Virus record (IMG/VR): IMGVR_UViG_3300033121_001713
Span: 1 to 64,000 of that record
Reading direction: 5' to 3' (one strand)
From: a virus
Taxonomy: Duplodnaviria; Caudoviricetes
Length of the DNA: 64,000 bases
Shown here: in pieces, positions 19,236 to 29,229 of the stretch
Layout: the number at the start of each line of letters is the position of its first letter
Position numbering within the stretch: position 1 is the first letter of the stretch
Made by a program: the position numbers and the translations under genes
Notes under the pieces: generated by a model
What the model was told of the DNA's origin: nothing
The model's input: only the letters and a program-made list of their open reading frames with translations
The model's database searches: none

Positions 19236-19499
19236 ATGACCATGTCTGAACTCAAGATCATGGTCTCTGGCGAGACCACAGCTAGACTGCCATCAACTGC
19301 CAAGATCATCTATGATCAGGAACACTGCTCGACTAGGGAACTTGCAATCGGATTCTCGAATTTCGACCTCCAGATCGGTCCGATCCATGTTCAGCATAAG
19401 AGCATCAAGGAGCTCATGCAGACTATCGCCGCTATCAAACAATCCCTAGACCAGGTTAGCTCTGCATCCATGTCCCTAGTCAGCAACAAAATAGCCTGA
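19236..19499 (+). CDS. Hypothetical protein
   Basis: 87-aa ORF within operon. Confidence 0.6.
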   Translation: MTMSELKIMVSGETTARLPSTAKIIYDQEHCSTRELAIGFSNFDLQIGPIHVQHKSIKELMQTIAAIKQSLDQVSSASMSLVSNKIA

Positions 19500-19510
19500 G
19501 GCAAGATCCA

Positions 19511-20749
19511 ATGATGAAAAGCAAAAGCAAGAACGTAACAGCAGCAGAGCTGGAACCCGAAAAGAAAGGAAAGGGAGTATCGCTTGACGATATTCGGAAG
19601 GGCCTCAAGAAATTCGTTCCGGACAGCGAGCCGATCGCGGAGAACACATACAGCGAGATCACTGGTTGGATCCATAGCGGCAACTATCACCTGAATGCGC
19701 TGATCTCCGGTTCACTCTTTAAGGGCTATCCTAACAACAAGTGCATCCAGTTTGCTGGAGAGTCGGGCGTCGGTAAGACCTACCTCGCCCTCAACGCCTG
19801 CAGGGAGATGCAAAAGGCAGGTTACCACATTCTTTACTTCGATTCCGAAGGAGCAATCGATCTCCCTACTGTCATCGCTCAAGGAATCGACCCAGATCGA
19901 TTCGACGTCCAGCCGGTCAGCGAGTTCAATCAGTTCAGGAGCGCGGTCATGAATTTGGCCGTGAACACATTCGATGCAGTCAGGGCTGGAAAGCCAGTGC
20001 CAAAGGTCGCTGTTTACCTAGATTCCCTCGGTGAGCTTCCGACCGCCAAGGAGATCAAAGACGCGTTGGAAGGAAATGACGCTCGAGATTTCACGAAGCC
20101 ACAGGTCGTGAGATCCCTCTTCAGGCTGATCACATCCAAGTTCACTGGAGCCGGCATCCCTTTCATCTACACGAACCACACGTACGGAGGCCCCTCACAG
20201 GTGCCAGTCACGAGCCTGTCCGGAGGCCAGGGCCAGGTGTACTCGCCCACCGCTATCATCACCCTTAGCAAGGCCAAGCTCAAAGAGAGCAAAGAGAACG
20301 AGAAAAGGCAAACAGGCATCATCGTCACGGCCAAGATCTTCAAGAACAGGTTAGCAAAGCCAAACGAGATCAAGTTCCACATCGATTTCTCGAAGGGAAT
20401 GAACCCATTCATCGGGATGGAGGAGTATTTCGGATGGCAGAATTGCGGAATAGAGAAAGGAATCATCTACGAGGAGAAGGAGCACTCTAAGCTCGATGCC
20501 AAGGAGAAAGCCAAGTGCAAGGAGTTCGATCACGATGGGAAGAAGCTCTTCTTCTATCCTAAGGAGACTGCCAAGAATTACGTCGTGAGGCATCTAGGAG
20601 AGGCCCTTCCATTTGTCAAGCTTTTCAACGAGAAGGTCTTCACACGTCAGGTTCTCGAGATGATAGAGGAGAACTGCATCGTTCCGAAGTTCCAGTATGG
20701 AGTCGATGAGGAGATCCCAGAGATCGAAGAGTTCATGAACGAAGAATGA
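19511..20749 (+). CDS. uvsX: RecA-like recombinase UvsX
   Basis: LNALISG, Walker A GESGVGKT, YFDSEGA, YLDSLG, TNHTY, SGGQG, KNR. Confidence 0.93.
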   Translation: MMKSKSKNVTAAELEPEKKGKGVSLDDIRKGLKKFVPDSEPIAENTYSEITGWIHSGNYHLNALISGSLFKGYPNNKCIQFAGESGVGKTYLALNACREMQKAGYHILYFDSEGAIDLPTVIAQGIDPDRFDVQPVSEFNQFRSAVMNLAVNTFDAVRAGKPVPKVAVYLDSLGELPTAKEIKDALEGNDARDFTKPQVVRSLFRLITSKFTGAGIPFIYTNHTYGGPSQVPVTSLSGGQGQVYSPTAIITLSKAKLKESKENEKRQTGIIVTAKIFKNRLAKPNEIKFHIDFSKGMNPFIGMEEYFGWQNCGIEKGIIYEEKEHSKLDAKEKAKCKEFDHDGKKLFFYPKETAKNYVVRHLGEALPFVKLFNEKVFTRQVLEMIEENCIVPKFQYGVDEEIPEIEEFMNEE

Positions 20750-20979
20750 CGGACAAAGGAAGGTTCACAACTGTCGGCGACCTCGAGATCGAGAAGATCT
20801 GCGAGGTTGCTGGCAGGTTCAGCGATGAGTACTTCTTGAAGCTTTGCATAAAGCTCGAGCCGAGGAGACAGCAGATCATCATGAACCTGATGAATCACAG
20901 GACAGCCGTGATTGAGAAGCTCAGGACAATGTTCTCAGAGGAGTTCATCAAGAAGAACTTTCTCGGCTTGAAGCGATGA
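20746..20979 (+). CDS. Hypothetical protein
   Basis: ATGA-coupled at both ends. Confidence 0.6.
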   Translation: MTDKGRFTTVGDLEIEKICEVAGRFSDEYFLKLCIKLEPRRQQIIMNLMNHRTAVIEKLRTMFSEEFIKKNFLGLKR

Positions 20980-21230
20980 GCCTGGTAGGTGACCACTACT
21001 CCTTGGAGGAGTCCAAACGTCTGTATCCGATCGTCGTTTCCCGGCTCATCTCTGAGTCTAGGCCTTCATCGGAGATCCTCTTGATGGATCTCCTCGAGGC
21101 AACCATAGAAGAGGTAACATGGCAAGGAATCTCATCGACATCCGTCGTCCAAAAGTCAAGCACCTCATCGGTCTTTACCGTGATTCGCCGCTTTATCCGG
21201 AAGCTGACGACCTGGAATATGTCGTCCTGA
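20976..21230 (+). CDS. Hypothetical protein overlapping the next ORF
   Basis: ATGA-coupled start; 3' end overlaps the 21119 ORF by 112 nt. Confidence 0.4.
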   Translation: MSLVGDHYSLEESKRLYPIVVSRLISESRPSSEILLMDLLEATIEEVTWQGISSTSVVQKSSTSSVFTVIRRFIRKLTTWNMSS

Positions 21231-21451
21231 AGTGGTATCATCTCGATGGCGGCAGGGATTTTGTCCATGTCGAACGCAGGCTTGAGGAGACTGGAAAACC
21301 GATAATCGATGACAAGACGCTAGGCGAGCTGCTTGGTCCCAAGGCAGATTTTGAACAGTTCGTTGGTTCCAAGCTAGTCGTCCATAAGGAGACTAACTTT
21401 ACTCGATATTTTGAGCTCGCTGGATCCGAATCTTACACCATAGCCACATAG
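21119..21451 (+). CDS. Hypothetical protein
   Basis: 110 aa, immediately upstream of the helicase. Confidence 0.6.
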   Translation: MARNLIDIRRPKVKHLIGLYRDSPLYPEADDLEYVVLKWYHLDGGRDFVHVERRLEETGKPIIDDKTLGELLGPKADFEQFVGSKLVVHKETNFTRYFELAGSESYTIAT

Positions 21452-21453
21452 AA
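21447..21453 (+). promoter_or_regulatory. CATAGAA motif, 5 nt before helicase ATG
   Basis: Recurrent motif; includes the upstream TAG stop. Confidence 0.45.
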
Positions 21454-21458
21454 AGGCC

Positions 21459-22766
21459 ATGGTACACATGGATTCTAGGGAGTTCGAGAAGATCTGGTAT
21501 CTTTACCTGCTCGAACATCCCAAATACTTACAGTCTGTCAGGAAGGACTTCTTCGAAGTAGAGGAGATTGGCATCCTTTTCGACATCGCGAAGCGTTTTT
21601 ACGAGCGCTTCAAACAGATGCCGACAAAGGACCAGATCAAGATGGTCGTCAAGAAGGACAAGTTCAAGGACAAGCTGAAGGAGTCATACATCGACATCAT
21701 CTATGAGGTTCCAATGTCCTCATACGAGGATAAATGGAAGCAGGAGATGTGTGAGTTCTGGATCCAGTGGAAGACGCTTAACCATTCCCTGATTGACACA
21801 GTCGAATACGCCAAGACGACGAAGATTGGGCCTGACAATGTCGTAGAAGTCATCAATCGCGTCAAGACGATCATCAACGATCGCAACAATGTCAACTTTT
21901 CGACGGATCTGGGCAAAGACTTCTTTCAATTCGAATCTCACCAATCTGATCCGACAACTAGGATCTCGACTGGCCACCAATTCGTAGATCAGCTATGCGG
22001 CGGCTATCGCAAGAAGACTCTGATCTGTTACATCGGCGAGACTAACATCGGGAAATCGATTTGGCTGGCTAACGACGCTGTCAATTTTGTCAAGGCTGGC
22101 AAGAATGTGGCAGTGATCAGCGCCGAGATGTCGGACACTGAGTTCATTCATCGCCTAGGTTCCAACTTGCTAGACATCGACATCTCCAAATACGAGGAGA
22201 AGTCGAGGGATCCCGAGTTTGTTAGGGATAAGCTTCAGGCAATGGCCGAAGGAGTTGTGCCACCCGGCAAGCTCTTCATCAAGGAATACCCGACATCACA
22301 GGCCACAGTGATGGACGTAGAATCCTATCTCAAGGAGCTTGAGGTTGTGAAAGGGATAAAGCTCGATGTCATCGTGATCGATTACATCAACATCCTTTGC
22401 AATCACAGGAATCCTAACTCTGAGAACACCTATATGAAGATCAAGCAACTTGCCGAGGATCTTCGAGCCATGGCCGTTCGGAATGAATGGGTAATCATCA
22501 CCGCCTCACAGGTGAATCGCGAGGGATACAACACCACTGAACTCTCTATTGGACAGGTCTCCGAATCAGCTGGACTGAGCCATACCTGTGACATGATCTA
22601 CGGGATCATTCAGACGACCGACATGAAGCTCAAGGACGAGTATTGGCTCAAGATCCTCAAGATCAGGAATGGCGGTGGCAAAGGACTGAAGTGCAAGTAT
22701 CAAATCGACTACTCGAGGATGAGGCTCGAGGAAACAGAAACTACGATCAACAGTGAAGGACTCTAA
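21459..22766 (+). CDS. gp41: Replicative helicase (T4 gp41/DnaB-like)
   Basis: GETNIGKS, ISAEMS, IKEYPT, IVIDYINI, AEDLRAMA, TASQVNR, SESAGL, LKIRNG. Confidence 0.93.
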   Translation: MVHMDSREFEKIWYLYLLEHPKYLQSVRKDFFEVEEIGILFDIAKRFYERFKQMPTKDQIKMVVKKDKFKDKLKESYIDIIYEVPMSSYEDKWKQEMCEFWIQWKTLNHSLIDTVEYAKTTKIGPDNVVEVINRVKTIINDRNNVNFSTDLGKDFFQFESHQSDPTTRISTGHQFVDQLCGGYRKKTLICYIGETNIGKSIWLANDAVNFVKAGKNVAVISAEMSDTEFIHRLGSNLLDIDISKYEEKSRDPEFVRDKLQAMAEGVVPPGKLFIKEYPTSQATVMDVESYLKELEVVKGIKLDVIVIDYINILCNHRNPNSENTYMKIKQLAEDLRAMAVRNEWVIITASQVNREGYNTTELSIGQVSESAGLSHTCDMIYGIIQTTDMKLKDEYWLKILKIRNGGGKGLKCKYQIDYSRMRLEETETTINSEGL

Positions 22767-23232
22767 CCAACAGCCACCTCCGTCTTCGACTCCTGGCCCA
22801 GAAAAGGAGAAGCGCAAAGACAAGATCTTCGATAACAACTATGAGTCTACTGAGATAGACTCGTCGAAGACTTCTTTCAAGATCGATTCATCGGTCAAGG
22901 AATCTGGCATAGACGATAAGCTAGATTCTGAGTTGATCGAGGACAAACTGCGCGGTGTCCTAGAATCCAGTGATTGGGCAATGTCCATCATCACAAGGGA
23001 GAAGATTGCTACCAACATCAACAAGCGAGAGCTCGATCAGGTCTTCACGCTGCTCTTGGCTGCGGTAGGCCAAGAATCCTCGGTCGAAGTCTTCGCTTAT
23101 CTTTCGGACAGGATTGAGGCCAAAGGCGAGAAGATCTATGAGATGCTCTCCAACAAGCATAAGCAGATCTTGCACGAATGCCTTCGTGAACGTGGCTATC
23201 TCAAGGAACGGTTTGTAGGGATCATCATCTGA
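22753..23232 (+). CDS. Hypothetical helical protein (gp33-like coactivator possible)
   Basis: 159 aa between helicase and gp47; only the size and helical C-terminus are suggestive. Confidence 0.5.
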   Translation: MKDSNQQPPPSSTPGPEKEKRKDKIFDNNYESTEIDSSKTSFKIDSSVKESGIDDKLDSELIEDKLRGVLESSDWAMSIITREKIATNINKRELDQVFTLLLAAVGQESSVEVFAYLSDRIEAKGEKIYEMLSNKHKQILHECLRERGYLKERFVGIII

Positions 23233-24287
23233 TGAGAGTCTTCATCATCGCAGATACCCATCTTGGGATGAGGTCCAGCAGCGTGGAGTGGCTGGACATG
23301 GTCGTGGATTGGTTTCGCCAGGATTTCATTCCCAAGGCCAGGGCCTTGGCCAGGCCAGGAGATATCCTGATCCACTGTGGTGATGTCTTTGACAATCGCC
23401 AATCGATCAATCTGCTAGTGCAGCATCATGCAATAGGGATCATCGAGGAGCTTTCCAAGATATTCTCTGGTGTCTATCTGCTAGCTGGGAATCATGATGT
23501 CATGCGAAAGAATTCCAACGAGATCTCCTCGTTGGACTGCCTCAAGTATATTCCAGGCGTCACGATCTTCAAGGAACCCAAGGTCATTCCCATTGGTACC
23601 AAGAAGGCGCTGATGATGCCATGGATGCCATCTATTGACGAGGAAAGGAAATGCATCGAAGAGATGGGCGAAGGGGCCTCATACCTTTTCTGTCATACCA
23701 ATATCGCCCAGATGAAGATGGATAGGGTGCAACGGGTAGAGCATGGACTAGGCCCAGAGGAACTAGGCCAGTTCGATAGAGTCTTCAGTGGACATATCCA
23801 CATCAGGCAGGATCGTAACAACGCCATCATGGTTGGTAATCCTTACCAGATGACGAGATCCGATAGTGGAAACGACAAGGGGTGGTATACTCTAGATCCG
23901 GACACATGTGAGATCGATTTTTATCAGAACTTGCATTCACCTGAGTTCAAGAAGGTCTACATTTTCGAATACACCGATAGGCCAATAGACGATCTCATCT
24001 CCACGTGTAAGGGCCACATCGTGGATCTCTACATTCCGGCCTCTTACGTCATCAATGGATATACCGTCAATCGAGTCATCGACGAGGTCAATTCGGTAGC
24101 GAAGTCGATGGAGATGGTCGTTCAGGATCACGAGGGAGTCATAGACGTTCAAGCCCACGATTCGGCCTTTGACCTTCTCTCGTTGACAGACGACTATGTT
24201 TCGAAGATGAATGGCCTGGACCAGCGATTGAAGGAGAGAGTGAGCACTAAAGTCAAGGAACTGTACAAGACAGCCTCCAAGGAATGA
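23232..24287 (+). CDS. gp47: Recombination nuclease subunit (gp47/SbcD/Mre11-like)
   Basis: DTHLG, GDVFDNR, GNHD, CHT, SGHIH metallophosphoesterase motifs. Confidence 0.92.
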   Translation: MRVFIIADTHLGMRSSSVEWLDMVVDWFRQDFIPKARALARPGDILIHCGDVFDNRQSINLLVQHHAIGIIEELSKIFSGVYLLAGNHDVMRKNSNEISSLDCLKYIPGVTIFKEPKVIPIGTKKALMMPWMPSIDEERKCIEEMGEGASYLFCHTNIAQMKMDRVQRVEHGLGPEELGQFDRVFSGHIHIRQDRNNAIMVGNPYQMTRSDSGNDKGWYTLDPDTCEIDFYQNLHSPEFKKVYIFEYTDRPIDDLISTCKGHIVDLYIPASYVINGYTVNRVIDEVNSVAKSMEMVVQDHEGVIDVQAHDSAFDLLSLTDDYVSKMNGLDQRLKERVSTKVKELYKTASKE

Positions 24288-25939
24288 ACATTCGATCGAT
24301 AGAGTGGAGGAATTTCAACTCCTATGGGAACTCTACCCAGAGGATAGACTTCGGAATGAATGGCCTTTACAATCTGATCGGTAAGAATGGATCAGGCAAA
24401 ACCACCATCGCCGAAGCGATAGAGTTTGCGGCATTTGGCAAAGTGAGCCGCAAGAACAAGTCCGATGTTGTGAATCGGATCAACAAGAGTCTCTGGACCA
24501 GGATTGTGATGGAGACCAAGGGTCGTAGGGTGGTCATCGAGCGCGGTGCGGCCCCTAATGTGTTCGATGTAGAGATCGATGGCACCAGGATAGACACCGC
24601 TGGTAATGCCAACGTTCAATCATATCTCGAGGATGAGCTCTACGAGATCCCATATGCAGTCTTCAAGAATCTGTTGGTTCTTTCCATCGATGATTTCAAG
24701 TCATTCATCACGATGACAGTCTCTGACAAGAGAAACATCGTTGACAAGCTCTTCGGATTCTCAATCCTAAACGAAATGCTCGGCTCGCTCAAGGCCGAGC
24801 GAAAGGACATCAAGGAATCGATGAGAACCATGATGGCCGAGCTAGGGCTCTTAGAAGAGACCATTGCCTCTATTCAATCGAGGATCGAGAGGGCCAAGAA
24901 CCAGAAGGAAGAAGATCGGATCAAGCTGATTGATGAGATCACTGAGAGGCTGACGACTGCAAGAAAAGAGCTAGGGACAATCGATTCGAACATCAGTAAA
25001 GTCGAAGACTTCATCAATGGGCAGTCCAAGGCGATGAGGCAACTAGACGGGAAGAGGGCAAGCCTATTAGCCGATCAGAAATTGATCAAGGAGAGATTGG
25101 CACTTCTGTCCAAGGATCGCTGTCCATACTGTTCTTCTGCGATGGATTCCCCTGACCACGAGAAGATGAAGAGATCATCCAGCGATAGGCTTGAGCAAAT
25201 CCAGTCCGAGCTCAATTCTATCAGGATCTCCGTCGAGAAATCCACAGAGAACATAAAGCAGCTCAAAGACAAGCACTCTAAGCTCTTCTCTAAGAGGAAC
25301 TCTATAGACTCAACTATCCAGAGGCTCAGCGTTGAGCTGCGACAGATCTCTAACCCAACGGAAGACGTGGAATCGCTGGTTGCGATCCACGTCGAAAACT
25401 CGTCCAAGAAAGAGGAACGCAGGGCCAAAGTCGATAGCCTGAACTCCGAGGATTCCTTTCTCCAGACGGTAGAAGTGGTCTTAGGAGAGGAAGGAATCAA
25501 GGGCCAGGTCATGAAGACCGTTGTGCCGGCTCTCAACCAGACCGTGGCAGCCATGTGTACCAGGCTGCATGTTCCATATTCGATTCACTTCGACGAGAAA
25601 TTCGAGTGCCATGTTCAGGCCATGGGTGAGTCTATTTCACCGAGGTCAATGAGCTCGGGCGAGCGAGTGAAAGCCGATTTGGCAGTCATTGTAGCGCTGA
25701 TCAAGGTGATGAAGATGAGGTTCCCTAATCTGAACCTGATGTTCATCGATGAGATCTACCGATCGGTAGATAGCGAAGGCATCTTTGAGATAACGAAGAT
25801 CCTGAGCGAGATGAGCAAGGACCACAGCCTGAATGTCTGGGTCATGCACCATGCTCCATTGCCTACCGAGTTCTTCGACAAGATCGTCACCGTCTCGAAA
25901 GACGGAGGATTCTCGAAGATTCACATAGAGTCGACTTAG
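24284..25939 (+). CDS. gp46: Recombination ATPase (gp46/SbcC/Rad50-like)
   Basis: GKNGSGKT, CPYC zinc hook, MSSGE signature, FIDE. Confidence 0.93.
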   Translation: MNIRSIEWRNFNSYGNSTQRIDFGMNGLYNLIGKNGSGKTTIAEAIEFAAFGKVSRKNKSDVVNRINKSLWTRIVMETKGRRVVIERGAAPNVFDVEIDGTRIDTAGNANVQSYLEDELYEIPYAVFKNLLVLSIDDFKSFITMTVSDKRNIVDKLFGFSILNEMLGSLKAERKDIKESMRTMMAELGLLEETIASIQSRIERAKNQKEEDRIKLIDEITERLTTARKELGTIDSNISKVEDFINGQSKAMRQLDGKRASLLADQKLIKERLALLSKDRCPYCSSAMDSPDHEKMKRSSSDRLEQIQSELNSIRISVEKSTENIKQLKDKHSKLFSKRNSIDSTIQRLSVELRQISNPTEDVESLVAIHVENSSKKEERRAKVDSLNSEDSFLQTVEVVLGEEGIKGQVMKTVVPALNQTVAAMCTRLHVPYSIHFDEKFECHVQAMGESISPRSMSSGERVKADLAVIVALIKVMKMRFPNLNLMFIDEIYRSVDSEGIFEITKILSEMSKDHSLNVWVMHHAPLPTEFFDKIVTVSKDGGFSKIHIEST

Positions 25940-26178
25940 TCAACGACTGCTCCGAGGTGAACGGAATCGATTCCTTCCGAATCGATCTTAGCTACGACAG
26001 CCTTTGCTGCGCGAACGGCCTGATCCCTGGTGAGATCATAATGAGCATTCACTACTCGGCCATCGAAAGTAACAGCCCAGGAATACTTGTCATCGCCTTG
26101 CCATCTAGTTACCTTGACCCTAGACTTCGCGCTAGTAGCCTTTGACTCGGTCAGAAATCTATCGAACCGTCGAAACAT
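25936..26178 (-). CDS. Small capsid-targeting-tagged protein (only minus-strand gene supported)
   Basis: ATG at 26178 gives MFRRFDRFLTES..., 80 aa; fills the gp46-gp15 gap; stop overlaps the gp46 stop. Confidence 0.6.
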   Translation of the reverse strand: MFRRFDRFLTESKATSAKSRVKVTRWQGDDKYSWAVTFDGRVVNAHYDLTRDQAVRAAKAVVAKIDSEGIDSVHLGAVVD

Positions 26179-26199
26179 GATACAACCGGCTCTTCCCCA

Positions 26200-26207
26200 T
26201 ATAGATA
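26200..26207 (+). promoter_or_regulatory. Putative late promoter TATAGATA; ATAGATA forms the loop of a CCCAT/ATGGG hairpin
   Basis: 4 nt before the GTG at 26212. Confidence 0.6.
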
Positions 26208-26211
26208 ATGG

Positions 26212-27099
26212 GTGAGCCAGTATGATCTCGACTTCAATTATGATGGGGTCTTTCTTCGAAACGTCATCGTAGGATTCATCAAGTTGCTCGATGGCACCAT
26301 TATATGGGAGAACAGAATAGGCCAGGGCGAGACACGCGCGGTCAACGTCCCGTTTTACTATGGCACAGCTGGCCAGGAGAGGTATTTGCAGGATCATTTT
26401 CTCAACGACGTCAACACCGATCCATCTAACGAGAAAGCCGAGGGGCCTTTCAACCAAATCCCAAGAGGGCTGATCAACCTATCATCGGTCAATGTCGTTA
26501 CTTCGGACATCTCACACAAATCAATTCCAACCAACTACCAATCTCAGAAGGAAGACGGAACGCTGATGGCCATGAGGGCCGAAACCTTTTGGATTCCACT
26601 AGAGCTACAGTTCAAGGCTACCATCATGGTTGCCACTCTTCTGGATCACCTTCGAGTCATCGAGCTTCTCATCGGTAACTTCTATAAGAACAGGCCATTT
26701 CGCGTAGATGTGGTTTCGACTAGGATCGACTGTGTTGCCTCTATTCCAGAGGCCATCGACGGTGAAAGGATGATGAACTTCAGGTTCGAGGATCGTAAGA
26801 AATACACGGTCGAGTGCACGATAAACGTGAGAACGGCGATGCCAGCGTATGACCTCGGAACAGAGATGTTCAAGGGTACGAGAATCGAGACGTTCGAACA
26901 CAACTCCAATCTTCTTCCGGCCGGTCAGATTCGTTCTCTTCCTATTCAACTCAATACCGGGCGAGGAACCACTGGGATCTCCGTCAACACCGGAGCAACT
27001 TCTCTGCCAAGGATTACGACTCCATTAGTTGAAGGGTCGACCAGTTTACGGGCCACTGCCTGGCCTACGGGCGCAACCAGCCCATTTCCACCTCGTTGA
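26212..27099 (+). CDS. gp15: Tail sheath stabiliser / tail completion protein (gp15-like)
   Basis: RNVIVGFIKLL, VNVPFYYG...ERYL, IPRG, IPLELQF, IELLI..FY. Confidence 0.7.
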   Translation: MSQYDLDFNYDGVFLRNVIVGFIKLLDGTIIWENRIGQGETRAVNVPFYYGTAGQERYLQDHFLNDVNTDPSNEKAEGPFNQIPRGLINLSSVNVVTSDISHKSIPTNYQSQKEDGTLMAMRAETFWIPLELQFKATIMVATLLDHLRVIELLIGNFYKNRPFRVDVVSTRIDCVASIPEAIDGERMMNFRFEDRKKYTVECTINVRTAMPAYDLGTEMFKGTRIETFEHNSNLLPAGQIRSLPIQLNTGRGTTGISVNTGATSLPRITTPLVEGSTSLRATAWPTGATSPFPPR

Positions 27100-27114
27100 T
27101 CTTCTTTCTGGATT

Positions 27115-27122
27115 GATAGATA
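27115..27122 (+). promoter_or_regulatory. Putative late promoter GATAGATA, 6 nt before ATG
   Basis: Motif match; ATG at 27129. Confidence 0.65.
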
Positions 27123-27128
27123 AACGCC

Positions 27129-27713
27129 ATGAGCGTAAAGACATACGAGCGTTTCCTCGCAGAGAATCTTGCAGGTGAGTACTGCTACTACGGTCCAGGA
27201 TCGTTGGTACCCTTGGTGAAGAAGCTATACGACGAGGGCAAGTCGCTCTCGGTCGTTTCAATGTACCTCAGGTCCCTAGGGATCGACGAGATGAGGCGGC
27301 AGTATGTGATCGGCTGTGTCTTTGGACAGGAAGCCGAGATCGAAGAATCTAGCATCTTTGAGGACGATATAGACGATCTGATCTCTACTGATCTCGAGGA
27401 TGATCTGACAGGGACTTCTACTAAGAAGGACGATAAGAAAGACAAGAAGGACAGCGAGGACACAGAAGACGGTGAAGATGGTGAGGATAGTGAAGATGCT
27501 GGGGACGGTGAAGATGACAAGACCAAATCCGAAGCCACCGATCTTCTCCAGAAGATCCTAGACGATCAGAAGAAGATGGACAAGATCAAGTCCATCCTGA
27601 AAGAGCATAAGACGTCGGACATGCCATCCGACTTGACTATTGACAACATCGTAGCCTACGAGAACAAGCTTAGGCTCTCGCTCAACCAAAAACGATCCGA
27701 ATCCAACCAATGA
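27129..27713 (+). CDS. Capsid-targeting-tagged acidic protein (internal/core protein)
   Basis: N-terminal MSVKTYERFLAE resembles the T4 CTS MKTYQEFIAE; long Asp/Glu tract. Confidence 0.7.
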   Translation: MSVKTYERFLAENLAGEYCYYGPGSLVPLVKKLYDEGKSLSVVSMYLRSLGIDEMRRQYVIGCVFGQEAEIEESSIFEDDIDDLISTDLEDDLTGTSTKKDDKKDKKDSEDTEDGEDGEDSEDAGDGEDDKTKSEATDLLQKILDDQKKMDKIKSILKEHKTSDMPSDLTIDNIVAYENKLRLSLNQKRSESNQ

Positions 27714-29176
27714 ACATTGTTCGAACCAAGCTCAAGGACTTCAATTTGTCCGAGAAGCTCAGGGCCCTGAGCGAGTCTGCCAGGACTACCGTTGCCGCCG
27801 CAACCATCTCAAGGCATCAGGCAGAATCTCAGAAACTAGACGAGAGCTACTCCGCAGAATCGAATCTCGAGTATGATGCCTACACTACGGCGTCTCAGGC
27901 CATGCTGGAATCCTTGAGGCTGAGCCTATCAAGGTACAGCCACGATTCTAGGATCGACCAGTTTTTGAAGGAATGCGCGGCGTTTGTCTCCGACAACGCG
28001 ATGCATCTCATGATCGAGTCGGCCATACAGCGGCTTTCGACTTCCAGGGATAAGCCGGCGTTCAAGTCAGCCATTGAATCTCTCAGGAAAGCCTCGAACA
28101 GCGAAGCTCCTGCATTCTACATCAAGGAGAATTTGGCATCTAGCCGATGGGTGCCATCGGTCGATTTCCTTTACAGCCAGAGCCTCCAATCTGTTGGTTC
28201 GATCGATGATTCTAAGAGCCCATTCACGGTCTCGAAGATCGTTTCTGTGGTCGAAAAGGTAGATGGATCAGCTCTGTTCTTTTCGAATGGCCTCGTTCTG
28301 GAGTCCAACGGCAAAGACATCAAGGTAAGCGAGAAGCGACCATCCGAGAAGTCAATTGAACTTCAGAAGGTCCTAGAAAGCTGCCGATTCGATGGCGACA
28401 GGATCACCTGCTATCCGAACAGGAGAACTACTGTCAGCCATGATTTTGCCTCGAATGAATACTTCGTTAACGGAGCAAAATCAGACCCAACGACTATTCA
28501 GTCCAGGCTGTTGGCCAATGGCCTAGCTCGCCTAGATGAGATGTCAACGGTAGACGCTTTCATGGAATTGGTCTCTGAATCGAGCCCAATGACAGAAATC
28601 GATTTTGGCTACCGAGTTGATTCTAACAACGGTCAGAAGAGTGCATCTGTGTACAAGGTGAACGGTGAGGTTTTCCTTCAGAAGAAAGACAGGAACATGG
28701 GCACCAATTCCATCGAAAGAATGCCCGTCAATGAGTCAATTGACGCAGTGAAGTCTTTCATGGAGTATGACATCTCTGAGTCTGTCAAGGAATTGCTTCC
28801 CGTTGAACAGAAGAAAGCAGTTGATCATTCGGCGGAGATCAAGAAGCTCGAAGAGAGGATCAATTACGCCGAGAAGAAACTCGAAAGCCTTGTCTCGATC
28901 GAGAAGAGTGGCACAGTCAATGAGGCTAATATCGAGAAGGCCAGGAAGCTTCTGAACGATATCATCAGCGAGAGCAAGACGAGAATCTCGAAGCTCACGG
29001 CTGTCAACGAAGAAGCCACAAAGATCTCCGTCGATGACAAAGGCACAAAGGTTGAAGGCCAAGGCGAGAGGGAGCAGGCCATAAACGCTGGAGAGGAGCA
29101 TTCTGACCCGGACAAGGAGATGCCTGAAAAGGTCGGCGAAGACGGTGGCAAGGAAGGAGAAACCCCAAAGGCGTAA
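27710..29176 (+). CDS. Putative prohead core protein
   Basis: 488 aa with more than ten hydrophobic-x-E-S/A motifs; C-terminal coiled coil; late operon. Confidence 0.55.
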   Translation: MNIVRTKLKDFNLSEKLRALSESARTTVAAATISRHQAESQKLDESYSAESNLEYDAYTTASQAMLESLRLSLSRYSHDSRIDQFLKECAAFVSDNAMHLMIESAIQRLSTSRDKPAFKSAIESLRKASNSEAPAFYIKENLASSRWVPSVDFLYSQSLQSVGSIDDSKSPFTVSKIVSVVEKVDGSALFFSNGLVLESNGKDIKVSEKRPSEKSIELQKVLESCRFDGDRITCYPNRRTTVSHDFASNEYFVNGAKSDPTTIQSRLLANGLARLDEMSTVDAFMELVSESSPMTEIDFGYRVDSNNGQKSASVYKVNGEVFLQKKDRNMGTNSIERMPVNESIDAVKSFMEYDISESVKELLPVEQKKAVDHSAEIKKLEERINYAEKKLESLVSIEKSGTVNEANIEKARKLLNDIISESKTRISKLTAVNEEATKISVDDKGTKVEGQGEREQAINAGEEHSDPDKEMPEKVGEDGGKEGETPKA

Positions 29177-29229
29177 CTACAGGTGAAGTACTACGTGTAC
29201 ATTCAAACAGTCTAAGAAGCACCCGGTCT

